A DNA stretch of 64,000 nt from Trichosphaerium sp. ATCC 40318 (Eukaryota; Protista; Tubulinea): positions 62,001 to 126,000 of the forward strand of contig JALMLS010000288.1 in assembly GCA_038496445.1 (NCBI GenBank), written 5' to 3'. Every line of letters starts with the position of its first letter. Position 1 is the stretch's first letter. Below the pieces are notes generated by a model that did not search any database, was not told where the DNA came from, and was given only the letters and a program-made list of their open reading frames with translations. This document shows, piece by piece, positions 1-13,370 of the stretch. The position numbers and the translations under genes were made by a program.

Positions 1-2684
1 ATGTATAAGCTGGGAAATACTTCTTAGGAGGGCGTTGGAGTTCTCTTTCAGTATTAAAATGAAACGACATCTAAACAAGCTTAGGTTAGACAAAGAAGAA
101 AACAAACAGAGAAATTTGAAGAAAGAAAAAAAAAAATCAAAAAGAAGATTTTTTTTACCTTTATACCATCCTCACTAACTGTTCCAGTACTTGACCCAGA
201 TCCAAAATGATCAACCATTGCAGCTGGTAAAGGCAAAGACTTATGTCTTACCCTACTCTCCTCGAGAGAGGGTTTTGGCATTTTCTTTGATAACTTCCTT
301 GAAATAGCTTTTTTTGGCATAGCATCTGTTGCAAATGAGGCAGTAGTAGCGGCAGATGCTTTGCTTTTTGAGCCTCTTCTATTATGTGTTTTACCATTAC
401 GCTTTTGTCCTTGTCTCTTCTTTTTCTTTTGTTGATTCGCTTTCACGTTAAGTATATTTGCTTGATTTCCAGTCTGTCTTCTGTGTTGGTGGTAATCATG
501 AAGACGTTTAATTGTTAAACTCAAGTAAGTTGTCTCATTATTCTTGAGAGTATTCTCAATCCAAGGATGCTAAAAAAACGTGAAATTAGAGTCTGTGTTT
601 TCAGCCTTTTTTTTTGTTTTTTTTTTTGAAGTTTGAAATAAAACGTACTTGGAGTGCTTGTGTTGCTGTTAAACGGTCTTTAGGATTCACTTGCAATAGC
701 GCATTTACAAATTGTTTGGCTTCAGCGCTAATATGTTGCCTGTACAAATAAATTAGACAAAAACCCAACATTCCATTGCAACAATGTTTCTCATTGTTTT
801 TTTTTCTTAATTGCTAATTATCGGGCCTTGCAAAAAAAAACGTACCAATCATCGTGGCGCATTACATATTCGCCTCTTTGAATTTGTTGGAGTATTACCT
901 GGTCTGTAGAGCCAAACCAAGGCGAGTATCCCGTTAAACTGTAAAAGAGTGTAAGTACAGAAAAAAAAAACGGCGGAATTACAGTAGTCTAAAAAGTGAA
1001 AAAAAACCTTTTTTTTTAACGTACAGTACATAAGTTAGAACACCTAAACTCCATAGATCAACGCATGAATCATAGTTCAATGAAGTGAACACCTCAGGGG
1101 CTAAAAGAAAACGCGTGAGAAATTGACAGACGCGGTTCTTTCAAAAAAAATAAAACGAGAAAAAAAAACGAGAAAAAAAAAGGACTCACCAACATATTCT
1201 GGAGTACCACATACTGTACGTAGTATACCATCTTGTTCATAATTTTTTGCAACGCCAAGATCTGAAAATAACAGTTAACATTTCATGTAATAAACCGTTT
1301 AAACTGTTCTTCGCTTTTTTTCCGTACCTACGATCTTGAATTGCCCATTTGATACTAGTACATTTTCAGGTTTCAAGTCTCTGTGCGCAACAGAGTGTTT
1401 ATGCATATAAGCAATAGCAGTAAGTAGCTGTTGTACAATCTCTGCAGCTTTAGTCTCATTATAAGACCCATTTTGTGCTATTAAATCAAATAACTCTCCA
1501 TCAGGTAACCTAAGTAATAAGTATCAATAATCACGCAAATATTAACCGATAGACAAGTAACAATATTGGTTTTTGGTAACCAAAAAAAAACCAAAAAAAC
1601 AAAAACAGTATTTTCGAAGAACACGAAAACCGTGGTTTGTCACGCGATTTCTTGGATATTCCGTGGAGTGTCAAGAGTACGTACAATTCTAGAATCATGT
1701 AGATATGATCATCTGTTTCATAGACGTCATATAATTTGACAATATTAGGGTGCTTTAGTTGTAATAGCACTTGAATTTCACGGTACACGAATTTCAGTAT
1801 CTCTGGGTCTTTTGGTTTTCTAATAACCTTTACAGCAACCTCTTCATTAGTTACTTTGTTAACACCCTAGAATTACACAAAAACGTAAGCACTCAAGCAA
1901 CAACAAGTCAAAATAAAACTAAAAAGTCCTTTGGATGAAGGCATCATACCCTCTTTACTGTGGCCATGCCACCTGTGCCAATAACTTCTTTGAGGGTGTA
2001 TGCATCCTCTATTCTGTGCTCTGTGATGCCTATTGGACGTATTGAAGGCTTTTGTCCAGGACGCAGTGTCGTGTCTTTGACTGTTCTGTGTTTGCTTGGT
2101 TTTACCAAGTGTAGAATACTCGTTGCTGATTTTACACGTCTAAAGTGTGATGGCTCGCGTGTAACAACTTTTTTTGAATGCATTGGGAATCTTGGTAATG
2201 ATCCTGGCCCGTTTTTGTATTTAGTGTCGTCTAGCTTTATAATAAGAGACTTTGTGAGGTGTAGCGACTGATTTTGTTGAGCAATTGAATAAAACATTTG
2301 AGAGAAGCCCTCTACGGAAACGCCAGTGCTTCCACTATTTCTGGCACGCGTATCAGAACGTGCTGCTAATTCGATCAAATCTATGGAAGTTTAGAAAGTA
2401 AAAACGGTGTATAAGTACTCAATAAAGCGTTTGAGTGAACCCAAACGAGTGTATGGGGTTTTTTTTGTCTTTTTAAGGGGTAAACTCCTGTAAAACGTAC
2501 AATTGGCTAGATGCTTATCATACTGTACCAAAGCAGCATCAGCAAAGTCTTTTAAGAACTTGTGCGCTTGCTTGCGAGAAAGCAGTCCAGTATGTTGTGT
2601 ATCATACCGGCGCCATATTTGAGCGAATTGTTGAGTGCCTACTTCTCTGCCTGGTTTTAATTCTCTGCACTTGTTATTACCCAT
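1..2684 (-). CDS. Multi-exon CaMK-family Ser/Thr kinase with N-terminal EF-hand-like region; 3' end runs off the window
   Basis: Spliced exons give IGTGGMATVKR (Gly loop), VAVKVI, REIQVLLQLKHPNIVKLYD, HRDLKPENV, DLG, YGTPEYVAPEV, DLWSLGVL, RLTATQALQHPWI. N-terminus MGNNKC with loop DTQHTGLLSRKQA; long basic C-terminal tail. Confidence 0.9.
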
Positions 2685-3190
2685 ACTTGTACAATTTTTC
2701 AATTATACGCGAGGTTACGATTCTTGAGTGGCTTACGAGGTGTTTCGACTGCTTTTTTGTGATTTTATTTTACATGTGCAAAAAAGGTAATGGGTGTAAT
2801 CGTCATACACCTTCTTTGCACGCGTTCGCTTATGACGCAATAAAAAATCGCTATAAGCTCAAATTGAGCGTTTTTGTAAAATTAAACCATACATCTTTCT
2901 GTGACATAAATGATTACCCCAATTGCAAGTTAAGACGTGAACCAAGTTATACCGCTAGTGTATCGTCCAAGGAAACACAATAGAAAATAGTATTCTTAGG
3001 TCCAACATTATTACTTCGTTGTGTTAACGAACACAAGCCAAAATGCATAATAATGCGCTCATCACCAAGCCACCGCTCCCTACTATCCACTGTACTAATT
3101 TTGTTCGGCAGAAAAGGGAAAAACAATTCAATCACCACTGTTGTTTTTGGAATGATTATTTAATTGTTTTTGTACATTATAGTGTCGCAT

Positions 3191-3607
3191 TTAAGTATGC
3201 CAAGTAGGTTTATCAGGATAACTGTTTCCAGAAACAAAGTACTCTTGAAAAAATTCTCCAGCTGTAGCAGGATGCCATATTTCATCATTATCAATAGCTA
3301 CAAGCAATTCCTTTAAGCTAGGCTCTTCAGATACGCTTTCAAATATTGCTTCTATTTTCTCCTTTGTGGATTCAGGCAAATCCGCTTTTAACAATTCTTG
3401 CTGTAGTTTATCGTGTTGTATACGAGTAAGCGCGAACTTCATTCTACAAAGTTGCAACACGTTAGTTAATCACGTTAGTACAAGTTTGACGTTCAAATAA
3501 ACGAAAAAAAAAGAGAAAAAGTGTCACCTGTTTAATCTTGTCCGCATTGTGCGTTCAACGTTTGCGTGGTATGCGTGAGCGTTAATACGTTGTGCGTATT
3601 GGTACAT
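3191..3607 (-). CDS. Small hypothetical protein, two exons (~110 aa)
   Basis: ATG at 3607; GT-AG intron ~3444-3527 with CTAAC branch point joins MYQYAQR...TRLNR in frame to MKFALTRIQHDKLQQELL...KPTWHT*. Confidence 0.5.
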
Positions 3608-4308
3608 TCCGTATCTAAGAAGCGCGGTTAAAGCGTATTACAGCCAATAACGTTTTTTTTGTATTGAAGTAAAGGTAATCCAACTTTGTTTCGATTGGTA
3701 GCCAGTCTCACTCAATAGAGGCTGAATTTACATAGTTTGGGTTTTATAACGTACGATGCAGTTACAATCGCAGCCACGGGTATCAGAAGCTACAAGAAAG
3801 TCAATATAAGTGATTTTTCTACAATTTGGTACTTTTTGCCACAGAAGACCGTAGTAGGCCTGTGAACCGGCTTTCATAATCGTTTTCTGTGCGCCAGTGG
3901 AAGTTGTGACAGTTTCTAAAACTTCTTTCGCCCATCCCCTTTGAGCGAGTTTCAATGCTTGCCTATGCGTAGCACGCCAACTGGTAGTCCGCTGACCAAA
4001 CATTGCGCTAAAACAAGTGTTTAAAATCACTTTGCTGTTGAATTTAGCAGACTGACTTCTATTGCCTCCAACGGTTTGGTAAAAGTCCTCCTGCCTGTCA
4101 ATAGGCTTTGATCAACAACTCATGAAGTGGATGTATCAGTCGAAAAAATGTACGTGGTGTTTATGTGTCACGTGAACAATCAAAAACTTTTTGGAATTTC
4201 CGCACAGAAGGGTGATTGCAAGCGCTATGCTATGAAAACGGATTTTATTGTGATTTCTGAACATTAACGTCATTAATTAAAAAGTTACACTGTAACATTT
4301 ATTCTATT

Positions 4309-5701
4309 TCAAATGGAGTTTTGAGGCCTTCTATTCATTTGTCCACACATCATACCAGGAATCTCACATCTTCGTGTTTGCGAGTTACCCAAGTGACAAC
4401 AAGTATCAGTTCCTCCATTTCCATCTATTAAACCTGTCTGTGTAGGAGGAAGCGGGAAAAAGCCATCAGAAATGATATTGTCGTCACCTGATCCACCTTT
4501 AAGGCCACCCAAGTTATTCTCATATGAACTCCACTGAGAAGCGTATATCCAGTCGTTTCCACCACCGCCTTGAACATCTTGGAGATTGGCATATTCAAGC
4601 ATCATGCAGTCATCTTGTCCGCCTCCTGAGAAAGAAAAAAGTTATGAAACTGTTTATTTACTGGATAATTGCATGCACCTTTAATTTCACCCACGTCTCC
4701 AATATAAAACGAGATGCAGTCCGAACCAGGACCACTATTGATATCACCCACGTAACTTGGGTATCTTCCAATATCACGTTTTTCTGTGGTGGTCATTGAA
4801 AAGTGTGATTCAAGATCTTGGTCTTCTTCTGGTGAGTTTATTTCTTCAATTCCAAGATCCCTCTTAGAAACACCAAGGATTTCTCTTATCTCCCGGTGAT
4901 TATCGAAATAAATAAAGTTGTCAATGAAAATAGAGTCATCACCTGGTCCACCCAGTATTTCGGAACCCCTAAGAAGAAGTGAGTTGGCATGTGGTGCAAT
5001 AACTTGTAAAAAAGTCGTACTTGTTCTTCATACTAAAGAAATACATAAAATCATTTCCTGATCCTAGATCAACATCTTTCACCTCAGCGAGCTCTCCTTT
5101 GAGGCAATCGTCTCCAGAACCTTTAAAAGTTTAGTGTTTTAACAGTAAAAACGAAAGGCTAACACGTGACTTTACGTACCTAAATCAATGTCGGATGTAA
5201 CTCTAGAATACTTTGACAACTGGACAACGTCGTCACCACGCCCAGTGTTGATGATACCATTGATTACAGTTCTACGCCCGACAAATATACAATCATTACC
5301 ATTGCTTCCAATGATGGAACCATAGAATTGGACTCGTGGTGCAAAGATAACGCAATTTGTAACTGAGTTTAGACGAACTAAACAAAATCTTAGTACAAAA
5401 ACTACAAAAAAACACAAAACGTACTGTTTCCTTCAGGATGTTTTTTCCTGAAAATCATACAGTTAGGTCCTCGGTTGATAAATCTTCGCCAGCAGCTCAG
5501 TTCAGCATCAGAGAATACAGATGCATTACAGTTAGGGCATGGCGCATACTCATCTATGAATTTGTTTGCGGAAACAGTCGCTAAGTGAGCACGTGAGCGG
5601 AATGAACTGTGTTTGGAGAGCGTTTAGTTTAGGCTTCCATAAAACGTACATAAAAAAGTAACTAAGAATACAGCTAGTACTATCGCTATTACGTTAGTCA
5701 T
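4309..5701 (-). CDS. Secreted protein with ~10 RTX/hemolysin-type Ca-binding-like nonapeptide repeats (6 exons)
   Basis: Signal peptide MTNVIAIVLAVFLVTFLSTVSA. Repeats GSNGNDCIF, TGRGDDVVQ, LGSGDDCLK, LGSGNDFMY, GGPGDDSIF, SGPGSDCIS, GGGQDDCMM, GGGGNDWIY, GGSGDDNII, GNGGTDTCC. Five GT-AG introns keep the frame. Confidence 0.75.
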
Positions 5702-6341
5702 GACTTGCTGTGTTGTTTCGTATAATTGTGTTTTATGATCAAAGAAAGTAGTTGTGAACAAGTGAATCACTACCAATTTACTGCTGTAAAAATCTCGCAA
5801 AGGATCTTCTTGCGAAATCATCTAGCTTGTCAGTTGATAATTTAACAAGATATGAAAGTAACAACAAAAAACTGGTAGTTTCGAATTAACTCCAAGTTTC
5901 CATAAAAACACCATAGACAAGACCACATAGACCTGAGGTAAGCGTGGTAATATGAGATATCACGTAATAAAAATTCAGAAAAAAACTCACTAAAGCAACA
6001 TTACCAAGCATAGCAATGGAAGACAACGTTTAGTTCTGACCTACACTATTTACGTGCTTTCTAGTGGCATGACGCGACATTCTCAACTACTGCAAGTACT
6101 AGCTTAAGGTGCTAGAAATCCTGTAGTGTAACATCTTCATGACCGAATTTTGTAGCTATGTTTCTCGTATTCTAAGGGATCACACGTGCGTGGCGACAAA
6201 AACCCAAGAACTTACCCTTCAATTTTAAACGTGTAAGTGACTACGTTGTCTTTAGTAACACATGATTGTAATGGACCTTGAAGCTCAGTGTTACGTATAT
6301 TTGTTTAACAAAGAGTTTTTTTACGTCTATGTTCCAAGTAA

Positions 6342-7319
6342 CTATGGTAAACCTGAGACATTTGGAGTTTTGCACGGATTTTTAAAAAGTACTGTAAGCG
6401 CTTTCCCTGTAACATTCACACATCCTGATATTATAATGTTGTGTACATCTTCTGCAAGTGCCTGTATGCTTACATCTGTTACATCCGTATAACTAAGATC
6501 AATAGTATGTACACCAGCAAGAAGCATTACACTTTCATCAGTAACCTTTAAAGAAGCAAGGCTAATTTTATGAACACCGACAAGTTCTTTTACTCCTTCG
6601 TCAGTTATAGGAGAAGAACGTAGATTCACATCATATGCACCCGCTATATACTTCATTCCTTCATTAGAAATATGTCTGGTATTGGTAAGAGAGATAGTAT
6701 GAACTCCACTTAAGTGCTTTAAGCCTTCATCTGTTACAACAGTGTATCCAATGTTTATCGAGTGTACTCCTTTTAATGACTTCATCCCTTCATCTGTTAC
6801 CTTTGTGCCATAAAGATCTATTGTATGAACACCTGCCAATGCCGACAATCCTTTGTCAGTTATAAAAGTGAAGCTTGCATACAAAGTGTGAATGCCAGAA
6901 AGTGATGAAAACCCTTCATCTGTGATGGACGTGTTCTCTGATATATCAAGTTTATGTATTCCTGCCAGATAGGCTATACCCTCATTAGATATGTAGTCAT
7001 CATTCCACAAGGCAGAGACAGACTTAGCGCCAGAAATAGCTTTCAGAATTTTGTCAATTTTTTTCTTGTTGTGTGCCATCAGCAACGAGTTTTTAATTAT
7101 CGCAGGGTGTTCGCTCAGTGCTTGAGCGTGCTCTAGGCATGTTATTCTGACCTTTTCATAGCCCGTAACGTCATTAATGATAGTGTTAAATAGTTTACAA
7201 GAAAACGACAGTTTCTTCTTTGTTTCATCGTCTGCCGTACTACATATCAAGACATTAATCTCTGGAGGTATGCTGTTTACTGTTAGCGTTGAAGCAGGAG
7301 TCTCTGGTTCCAGTGACAT
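6342..7319 (-). CDS. F-box/LRR protein (intronless, 325 aa)
   Basis: F-box-like VNSIPPEINVLICS...CKLF, then 21-22 aa repeats LxGVHxIxLxxTxVTDEG. Confidence 0.85.
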   Translation of the reverse strand: MSLEPETPASTLTVNSIPPEINVLICSTADDETKKKLSFSCKLFNTIINDVTGYEKVRITCLEHAQALSEHPAIIKNSLLMAHNKKKIDKILKAISGAKSVSALWNDDYISNEGIAYLAGIHKLDISENTSITDEGFSSLSGIHTLYASFTFITDKGLSALAGVHTIDLYGTKVTDEGMKSLKGVHSINIGYTVVTDEGLKHLSGVHTISLTNTRHISNEGMKYIAGAYDVNLRSSPITDEGVKELVGVHKISLASLKVTDESVMLLAGVHTIDLSYTDVTDVSIQALAEDVHNIIISGCVNVTGKALTVLFKNPCKTPNVSGLP

Positions 7320-7793
7320 TAATGGGCTTTAATACCTTCCAAATGTACAGTCGTTCGCTGTTAGCACCCACTATTAATGTTCGCTAAACCTACTCTGCGC
7401 AGCTTAATGGAATTCAAATAATGATTTTGGTGAGTAGGTGCAAAACACTGTGATTCTTCAGCGAAGAAGAACATATCATTGTGCGCAGTTATGATATTCT
7501 AAACAAAATGGCGATATGTACAGAGTCTAGTAGTTTCAAGAGGGTACGCGTGGAGCCTTGTATTGCATCACATATTGAACAAGCGCCCATGTAAGTACCC
7601 ACCAAAAACAATTAAACTTTTTGTCACATGTCCAACATACTTTGATGCTACAATGTTGGAGTAGCACCCACGTGTATTGACTTGATATAGCACAATGGAA
7701 TAGTCCCTTTTCACATTTTTTTTTTATGGTTGATTGTGCTGGACTAATTTTCTTTGTTCAAGTGACACTTTGTATGCGCGCCTGACCGTTGTT

Positions 7794-8059
7794 ATGAATG
7801 ACGAAAAAGAGTTGGAGGTAATTACCCGCGCATTGGCGTTTTCGTTAATTATTTGACAAAATAGGCGCTAAAAACGCTTCGTGCTACGTTAGAAGCTACA
7901 AATTTTGTAATGGAACGAATGATTCAAGATTTCGAGACGTTAAATGATAACATGAACGAACAAGCCAAGATAAACGCTAAATGGTCTAATTTTCTCACTG
8001 GAGGAGCACCTGACGTTAATAACGAAGAAAACGGTGAAGTAGACCATATGGAGATATAA
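7794..8059 (+). CDS. 72-aa coiled-coil protein resembling DASH/Dam1 complex subunit Dad2
   Basis: Exon 7794-7817, GT-AG intron 7818-7864, exon 7865-8059: MNDEKELEALKTLRATLEATNFVMERMIQDFETLNDNMNEQAKINAKWSNFLTGG...; the ELExLKxLR...ME...TLxD...WxNxL pattern matches my recollection of Dad2. Confidence 0.55.
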
Positions 8060-8398
8060 AACACCAATGACAAGCGCAAAAGTTGTTTTCACGCGAATCA
8101 AGCTGTAACCGGCGTAAAACAAGAAGATATAACAGCGCTTAATTCAATACGCACTAGCCTTGCTATAAAGTCGTTGTAGTCAATCAAAACACGTAATAAA
8201 CCTCGACTGAGCGTTTGAATGACGCTTTAAACTTTACAGAACCCGAATTGGGAATTCCTGTTTGCTTGGCGAGACAGTTTGTGAGCATGCAGTCTTGGAA
8301 GGTTGCGTACTTGTGCGAGTTGTGCCTTCGAATAGAAATAAGCCAATTTAAGTTTGTGTACTCTAAAATAGTTCTAAATAGCTCCAAACTTTCCGGCA

Positions 8399-11300
8399 AT
8401 GCAAGCCAAGGAGATTGGAGTGAAGGATTTCGTCCTATTGGACGAAATTAGCGAAGACGGTACGATTCTCGGCCTACGCTGTATACTTACTGTGGCCTTT
8501 AGCGACTTATAATAACCTGGAGAAACGTTTCAAAGGAGACTCGATATACGTACTGCGCGTTTAAAATTCTCGCTACTTGTTAATCGTTTTTATAGACTTA
8601 CATCGGTGATGTCGTAGTGTCTGTTAACCCTTACAAGGTGCGTAAATGTATCTGTACTAAAACCTAACTTGCGGCTATGAAGGAAATTGATATATTTTCC
8701 GCAAAACATGTCAATGAGTACAAGGTACGGCGAATAGAGTGTTTTTGTGACAACTGAGTTATAAAAAGGGAAAATACAAATATGAAAAGCCACCCCATAT
8801 GTGCGTCCATCCCTTATCAAGCGGTTAAAACTAAAACAACTTAGCTTTGCGCTTGCAAATGACGCTTATCGTTTCTTGTTGAAGAATCACGAAAATCAAT
8901 GTATTATCATCAGGTACATCCTCTATTATGCTTTAAACGTCTTTTAATAATAACATAGTGGCGAATCCGGTGCAGGGAAAACGGTACTAGCCGTTTTAAG
9001 AAGAGATTTTCCATATTTGTTGAACACTTCTAATTTATTTTAGTATGCATCAAAGATGATCATGTCGTACATAGCAAGGGTATCTACTAGTTCAGAAGAT
9101 GTCGATAGGATAAAGAATTTACTTTTACAAGTGCGTTAATCTTCTTACGGACCATAAACTTTCCATTGGGATTTTTTTTTCAAATTTTTCAGAATTTTTT
9201 TTGTTTTGGCGTCCACGTGATTGATAGTTTAATTTAATAACAAAAAAAAATTCGTACGACATGTGGATGCCTTGATATGAGTTTGGTTGTACTAGACAGT
9301 ACACAAATGCGTCCACATGTTTTTTTTTATTGAAATTATAATAAATTGAATGCTCACGTGATATTTAAAGTCGAATCCAATTCTGGAAGCTTTTGGTAAT
9401 GCAAAAACATTAAGAAATGATAATTCTTCTCGTTTTGGAAAGTACATGGAGATACAATTCGAGTCTACTGGCGCTCCTGTTGGCGGTACTTAGCATTTGG
9501 TTTTTTTAAACAGTTTCTAAAACTCACTGTTATAAATAGGACGTATCACTAACTACTTACTTGAAAAATCACGTGTTGTCAAACCTGGACAAGGAGAGCG
9601 TAATTTTCATATTTTCTATCAGCTCCTTCAAGGACACTCAGATTTACGTACGCGGTTAAGACACCTATCTTTAAGTAATGATCTCGATGTTTATGCCTTT
9701 TCCTATTTAGGGAGTTTATACCTGGGCAACGATCCTTCGGCTTATAGATACCTACAAAGATCTGGGTGTTATTCAGTAGACACCATAAACGACCAAGCAG
9801 ACTTTAAAGTGTTAACAGTAAGAACCTAGTTCCTTGAGTTTTATTTTTTGTTATGCTTCTTTTGAAGACTTATTCTCTTGTTTTTTATAGTCTGCAATGA
9901 AAGCTTTTGGTTTTGAAGAAGAAACCAAGCAGGCAATCTTCAAGGTTATTGCTGCCATTCTTCATCTTGGGTAAGCTCTTTTTTTTCATAACAAAGTAAA
10001 TAAAGACATACTGATTTTATCATTGCTAGTAACATTGAGTTTGAAGACGCTCAAGGAGATCAATTTCAAAACAACGTAACGATCGTAAACGAAGATACCT
10101 TGGATGTTATTGCTGATTTATTACAATGCGATCGCAAGTGCGTAACAAAAACTCTAAATTTTTTTTTGTATCTGTTGTGTTGTTGTTTCACCTCGTAACC
10201 ATTTCTTGTTTAGTGCTCTCAAGAGAGCTCTATCTTCTCGCCAGTTATCCACCGGTGTTAATAGACGTATGTCTATCATCAACGTACCTCTAGATGCAAG
10301 CCAGGTTAGATAAACAATAAAGCATTTTGCAGCAAGAACTTAACAATTGAGTTATTAGGCAGCATTCACACGTGATGCACTTGCTAAGGGCTTGTACTCG
10401 AAATTATTCAGTTGGCTCGTTCAAACACTGAACGGGCACATCAAGTGTGATAGACAAGACGAAAAGCTAACCATTGGCCTGTTGGACATTTACGGCTTCG
10501 AAATCTTTGAGGTAATTACAAAAAAACCCAAATGCAGAGTTTGTTCGTCTTGTTAACTCTCTTTTGTAGAACAATAGCTTTGAACAATTTTGTATCAACA
10601 TGTGTAATGAGAAGCTACAACAGATATTCATCGAATTGACACTAAAGAGAGAACAAGAAGAGTACATCCGTGAAGGCATTGAATGGACTAAAATTGATTA
10701 TTTCAACAACAAAATTATTTGTGATCTTGTTGAACAAGTACGTCTTTATTAGAATACACAGTAACTTATATATGTATTAGAAGCGCCCTCCTGGTATTAT
10801 TGAACTAATGAACGAATGTGGATGGGTCTCTAATTCGACAGGTGCGATTTCAAGGCACTTGGAAGCTAGTTTTGTTAACTCTTCGTTCAGACAAGGATTT
10901 GTTGCACAAATTCGATGGACAATTCGCAAGACATGCTCACTACGAATCATATGGCACATGCAGAGATAAAACAATTCCTTTTGATGCATTCAGACTGAAG
11001 CATTATGCAGGAGACGTACGTACATTACAACAAATCCAAAATTCAAGAAAAAAGGAAGATGACTTTTTCTCATTTTTTTTTAAAGGTTGTGTACAATGTT
11101 GAGGGTTTTCTTGATAAGAACAAAGATACTTTCTTTAACGACTTAGTTACTGCAATGCAAACAAGTCAACATCAACTCCTCCATGAGTTGTTCCCACAGC
11201 AAGATAACGTAAGTGTTCTATAGAACTTATTTTTTTTGTTCCGAGCCATACTGATCATCTGGTTAGACTTCTAAGCGCAACAAGAGACCAGAAACAGCTG

Positions 11301-13370
11301 CAACTCAATTCAGGGCAGCCCTTACAAAGCTTGTAGACAAGCTATTAGAGTCTAACCCTCATTACATCCGTTGTATCAAACCCAATGTACGGGAGGTTTT
11401 TTGCTTTTTTTTGATGTTGTGAAGAAACCAACTTTTTTTTTAAAGGACGAGAAAAGAGCTTTTCAAATGGATGAAGAGAGAACAAGACATCAAATAAAAT
11501 ATTTGGGTTTGTTTAATACTTAAGCCCTTCCTATTGTTCTTACGATATCAATCAAGGTCTTGTGGAAAATATCCGTGTCCGTCGCGCTGGATTCGCTTTC
11601 CGTCAACCATACGAACGCTTTGTGCAGCGGTGAGTACTTTTTTTTCTTCACGGAAGGATATCTTCTTTGTAGCTAATAGCTATGACTTAGTTACAAGATG
11701 ATTTGCAAAGCAACTTGGCCGTTTGTGAAGCAAGGTGATAGAGAAGCAGCTGTTGCTATACTAGAGGTAAACCATAAAGAATACTTCAAAAACAATCAGA
11801 AGAAGAAGACTAATTTTGAACTTAGTCTCAAGGCGTTTCATCTGAAATCTACAGACTTGGAAAAACAAAGGTGTTCCTTCGTAAACCACAAACAGTACGT
11901 CACATATAAATCAAGATATTAGCGTACATTGTAGCTAACATTTTCGGTAAGTTGTTCCAACTCGAAGAAGCCAGAGAAAGAGAACTTCCAAGGTTGATCA
12001 CTATTATGCAAAAAACACTCAGGGCATACATGGTACGCTCCTAAAAAATACCATGTTTTGATGTTAACTATCTTAGGCAATGAGTAAATGGAAGGAGAGA
12101 AAGGCTGCAATCAAAATATCACTGATGTATCGCAGTTACAAGGTTAGTTTCTTTTTTTTTTCGCAATTTGGGTTTTTATTGACATGTCCATCAAGGCCCG
12201 CAAGTATATCTCAGATATCTCAGATACCTTCAAGGATATCTTGAATGATCCTATGCTTGGCAAGAACACTCAGTGGCCAACACCACCTACTATATTGAAG
12301 CGGAGTGAGGAGATGTTGAAGAATATTCACATGTACTGGAGGGTAAACAATTCATCCAGCAACATTGCATTTACTAAATTTTATTAGGCTCGTAAAATGG
12401 TCACTGCGTTATCAGTTGATGAACAAGGGTTTGTAAGATTAAAGATATTAGGATACGATATATTCAAAGGCAACAAACCTTGGTGGTACGTCAGATCGAG
12501 AACAACAAGTTTTTGTTTTTCTTCAATTTTTTTTTCACAACTAATTGGTTTTTTTGCAGTGTTCCTCGCAAGTTTGAATCGGATTACCTCCACATGCCAT
12601 CGAACCCAAACCAAAAGAAATACATTCAATTCATGCAAGGCTTTGCTTCTAGATACGGTACGCTAATGGTACCCTACTGTTAAACAAATCTAATGGTGAT
12701 CGTTTGTAGGAGATCAACAGATTCTGTTTGCAGACTATATGAACAAAGTGAACCCAAAATCAAAAGTACAAAAACGTGGTATCATCGTTACAGAACAGAA
12801 TGTTTACAAGCATGATCCAAAGAATTATAAGGTAAAGAAGGTTGCTATACCTATACAATCAATCACAGAGATATGGTAAGTTAAGACGACCAAAAAGAAA
12901 ACAAAACTTAGTGGTCTAATTTTTTCTTTCCGTTTAGCTTAAGCCACCAAAAAGATACTTTTTGTGTCGTAAAGTTCGATGGAGATTTCAGGGATATGGT
13001 CCTTAATCTTACAGCAAGTGGTGATGAAAGATACTCTGAATTCGTTATCATGCTCGTGCACATCTATAACCAGATAACAAGTATGTAAACACTAACAATC
13101 ACTTCCAAAAAAAAAAAAAAAAAAAGAACAGAAATGTTGTTAACTCGCTTTTTAGACAAGGACTTGCCAGTTACCTTCAATGATACGTACGCTTCTTCAA
13201 TTTAATATAATTATACTTACAGTATATGTAGGATTACGTACAATAACTCGAGGAAGAAGGGAAGTCCTGGCACTGATTGCAATGTGACTATTCAGTCAAA
13301 CCCAAAAATGACAGCAACTGCGTTTAAGAAAGGAAAAGGAAACTCCAACTTTGTCTATTTCCCAGGTTAA
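8399..13370 (+). CDS. Class I myosin heavy chain, short-tailed (motor, IQ, TH1; MyoE-like), many exons; start approximate
   Basis: [23 protein letters not shown] (P-loop), [71 protein letters not shown]; TH1-type tail ending [11 protein letters not shown] with no SH3. Confidence 0.93.

Noticed and set aside
1960-2983. Plus-strand ORFs 1960-2271 and 2597-2983, and similar antisense ORFs (14003-14374, 20387-20716, 38361-38621, 60328-60669, 63203-63463)
   Set aside because: They are shadow frames opposite well-supported genes, with no motifs of their own.
3728-4030. 100-aa minus-strand ORF
   Set aside because: No recognisable motif or supporting splice structure.
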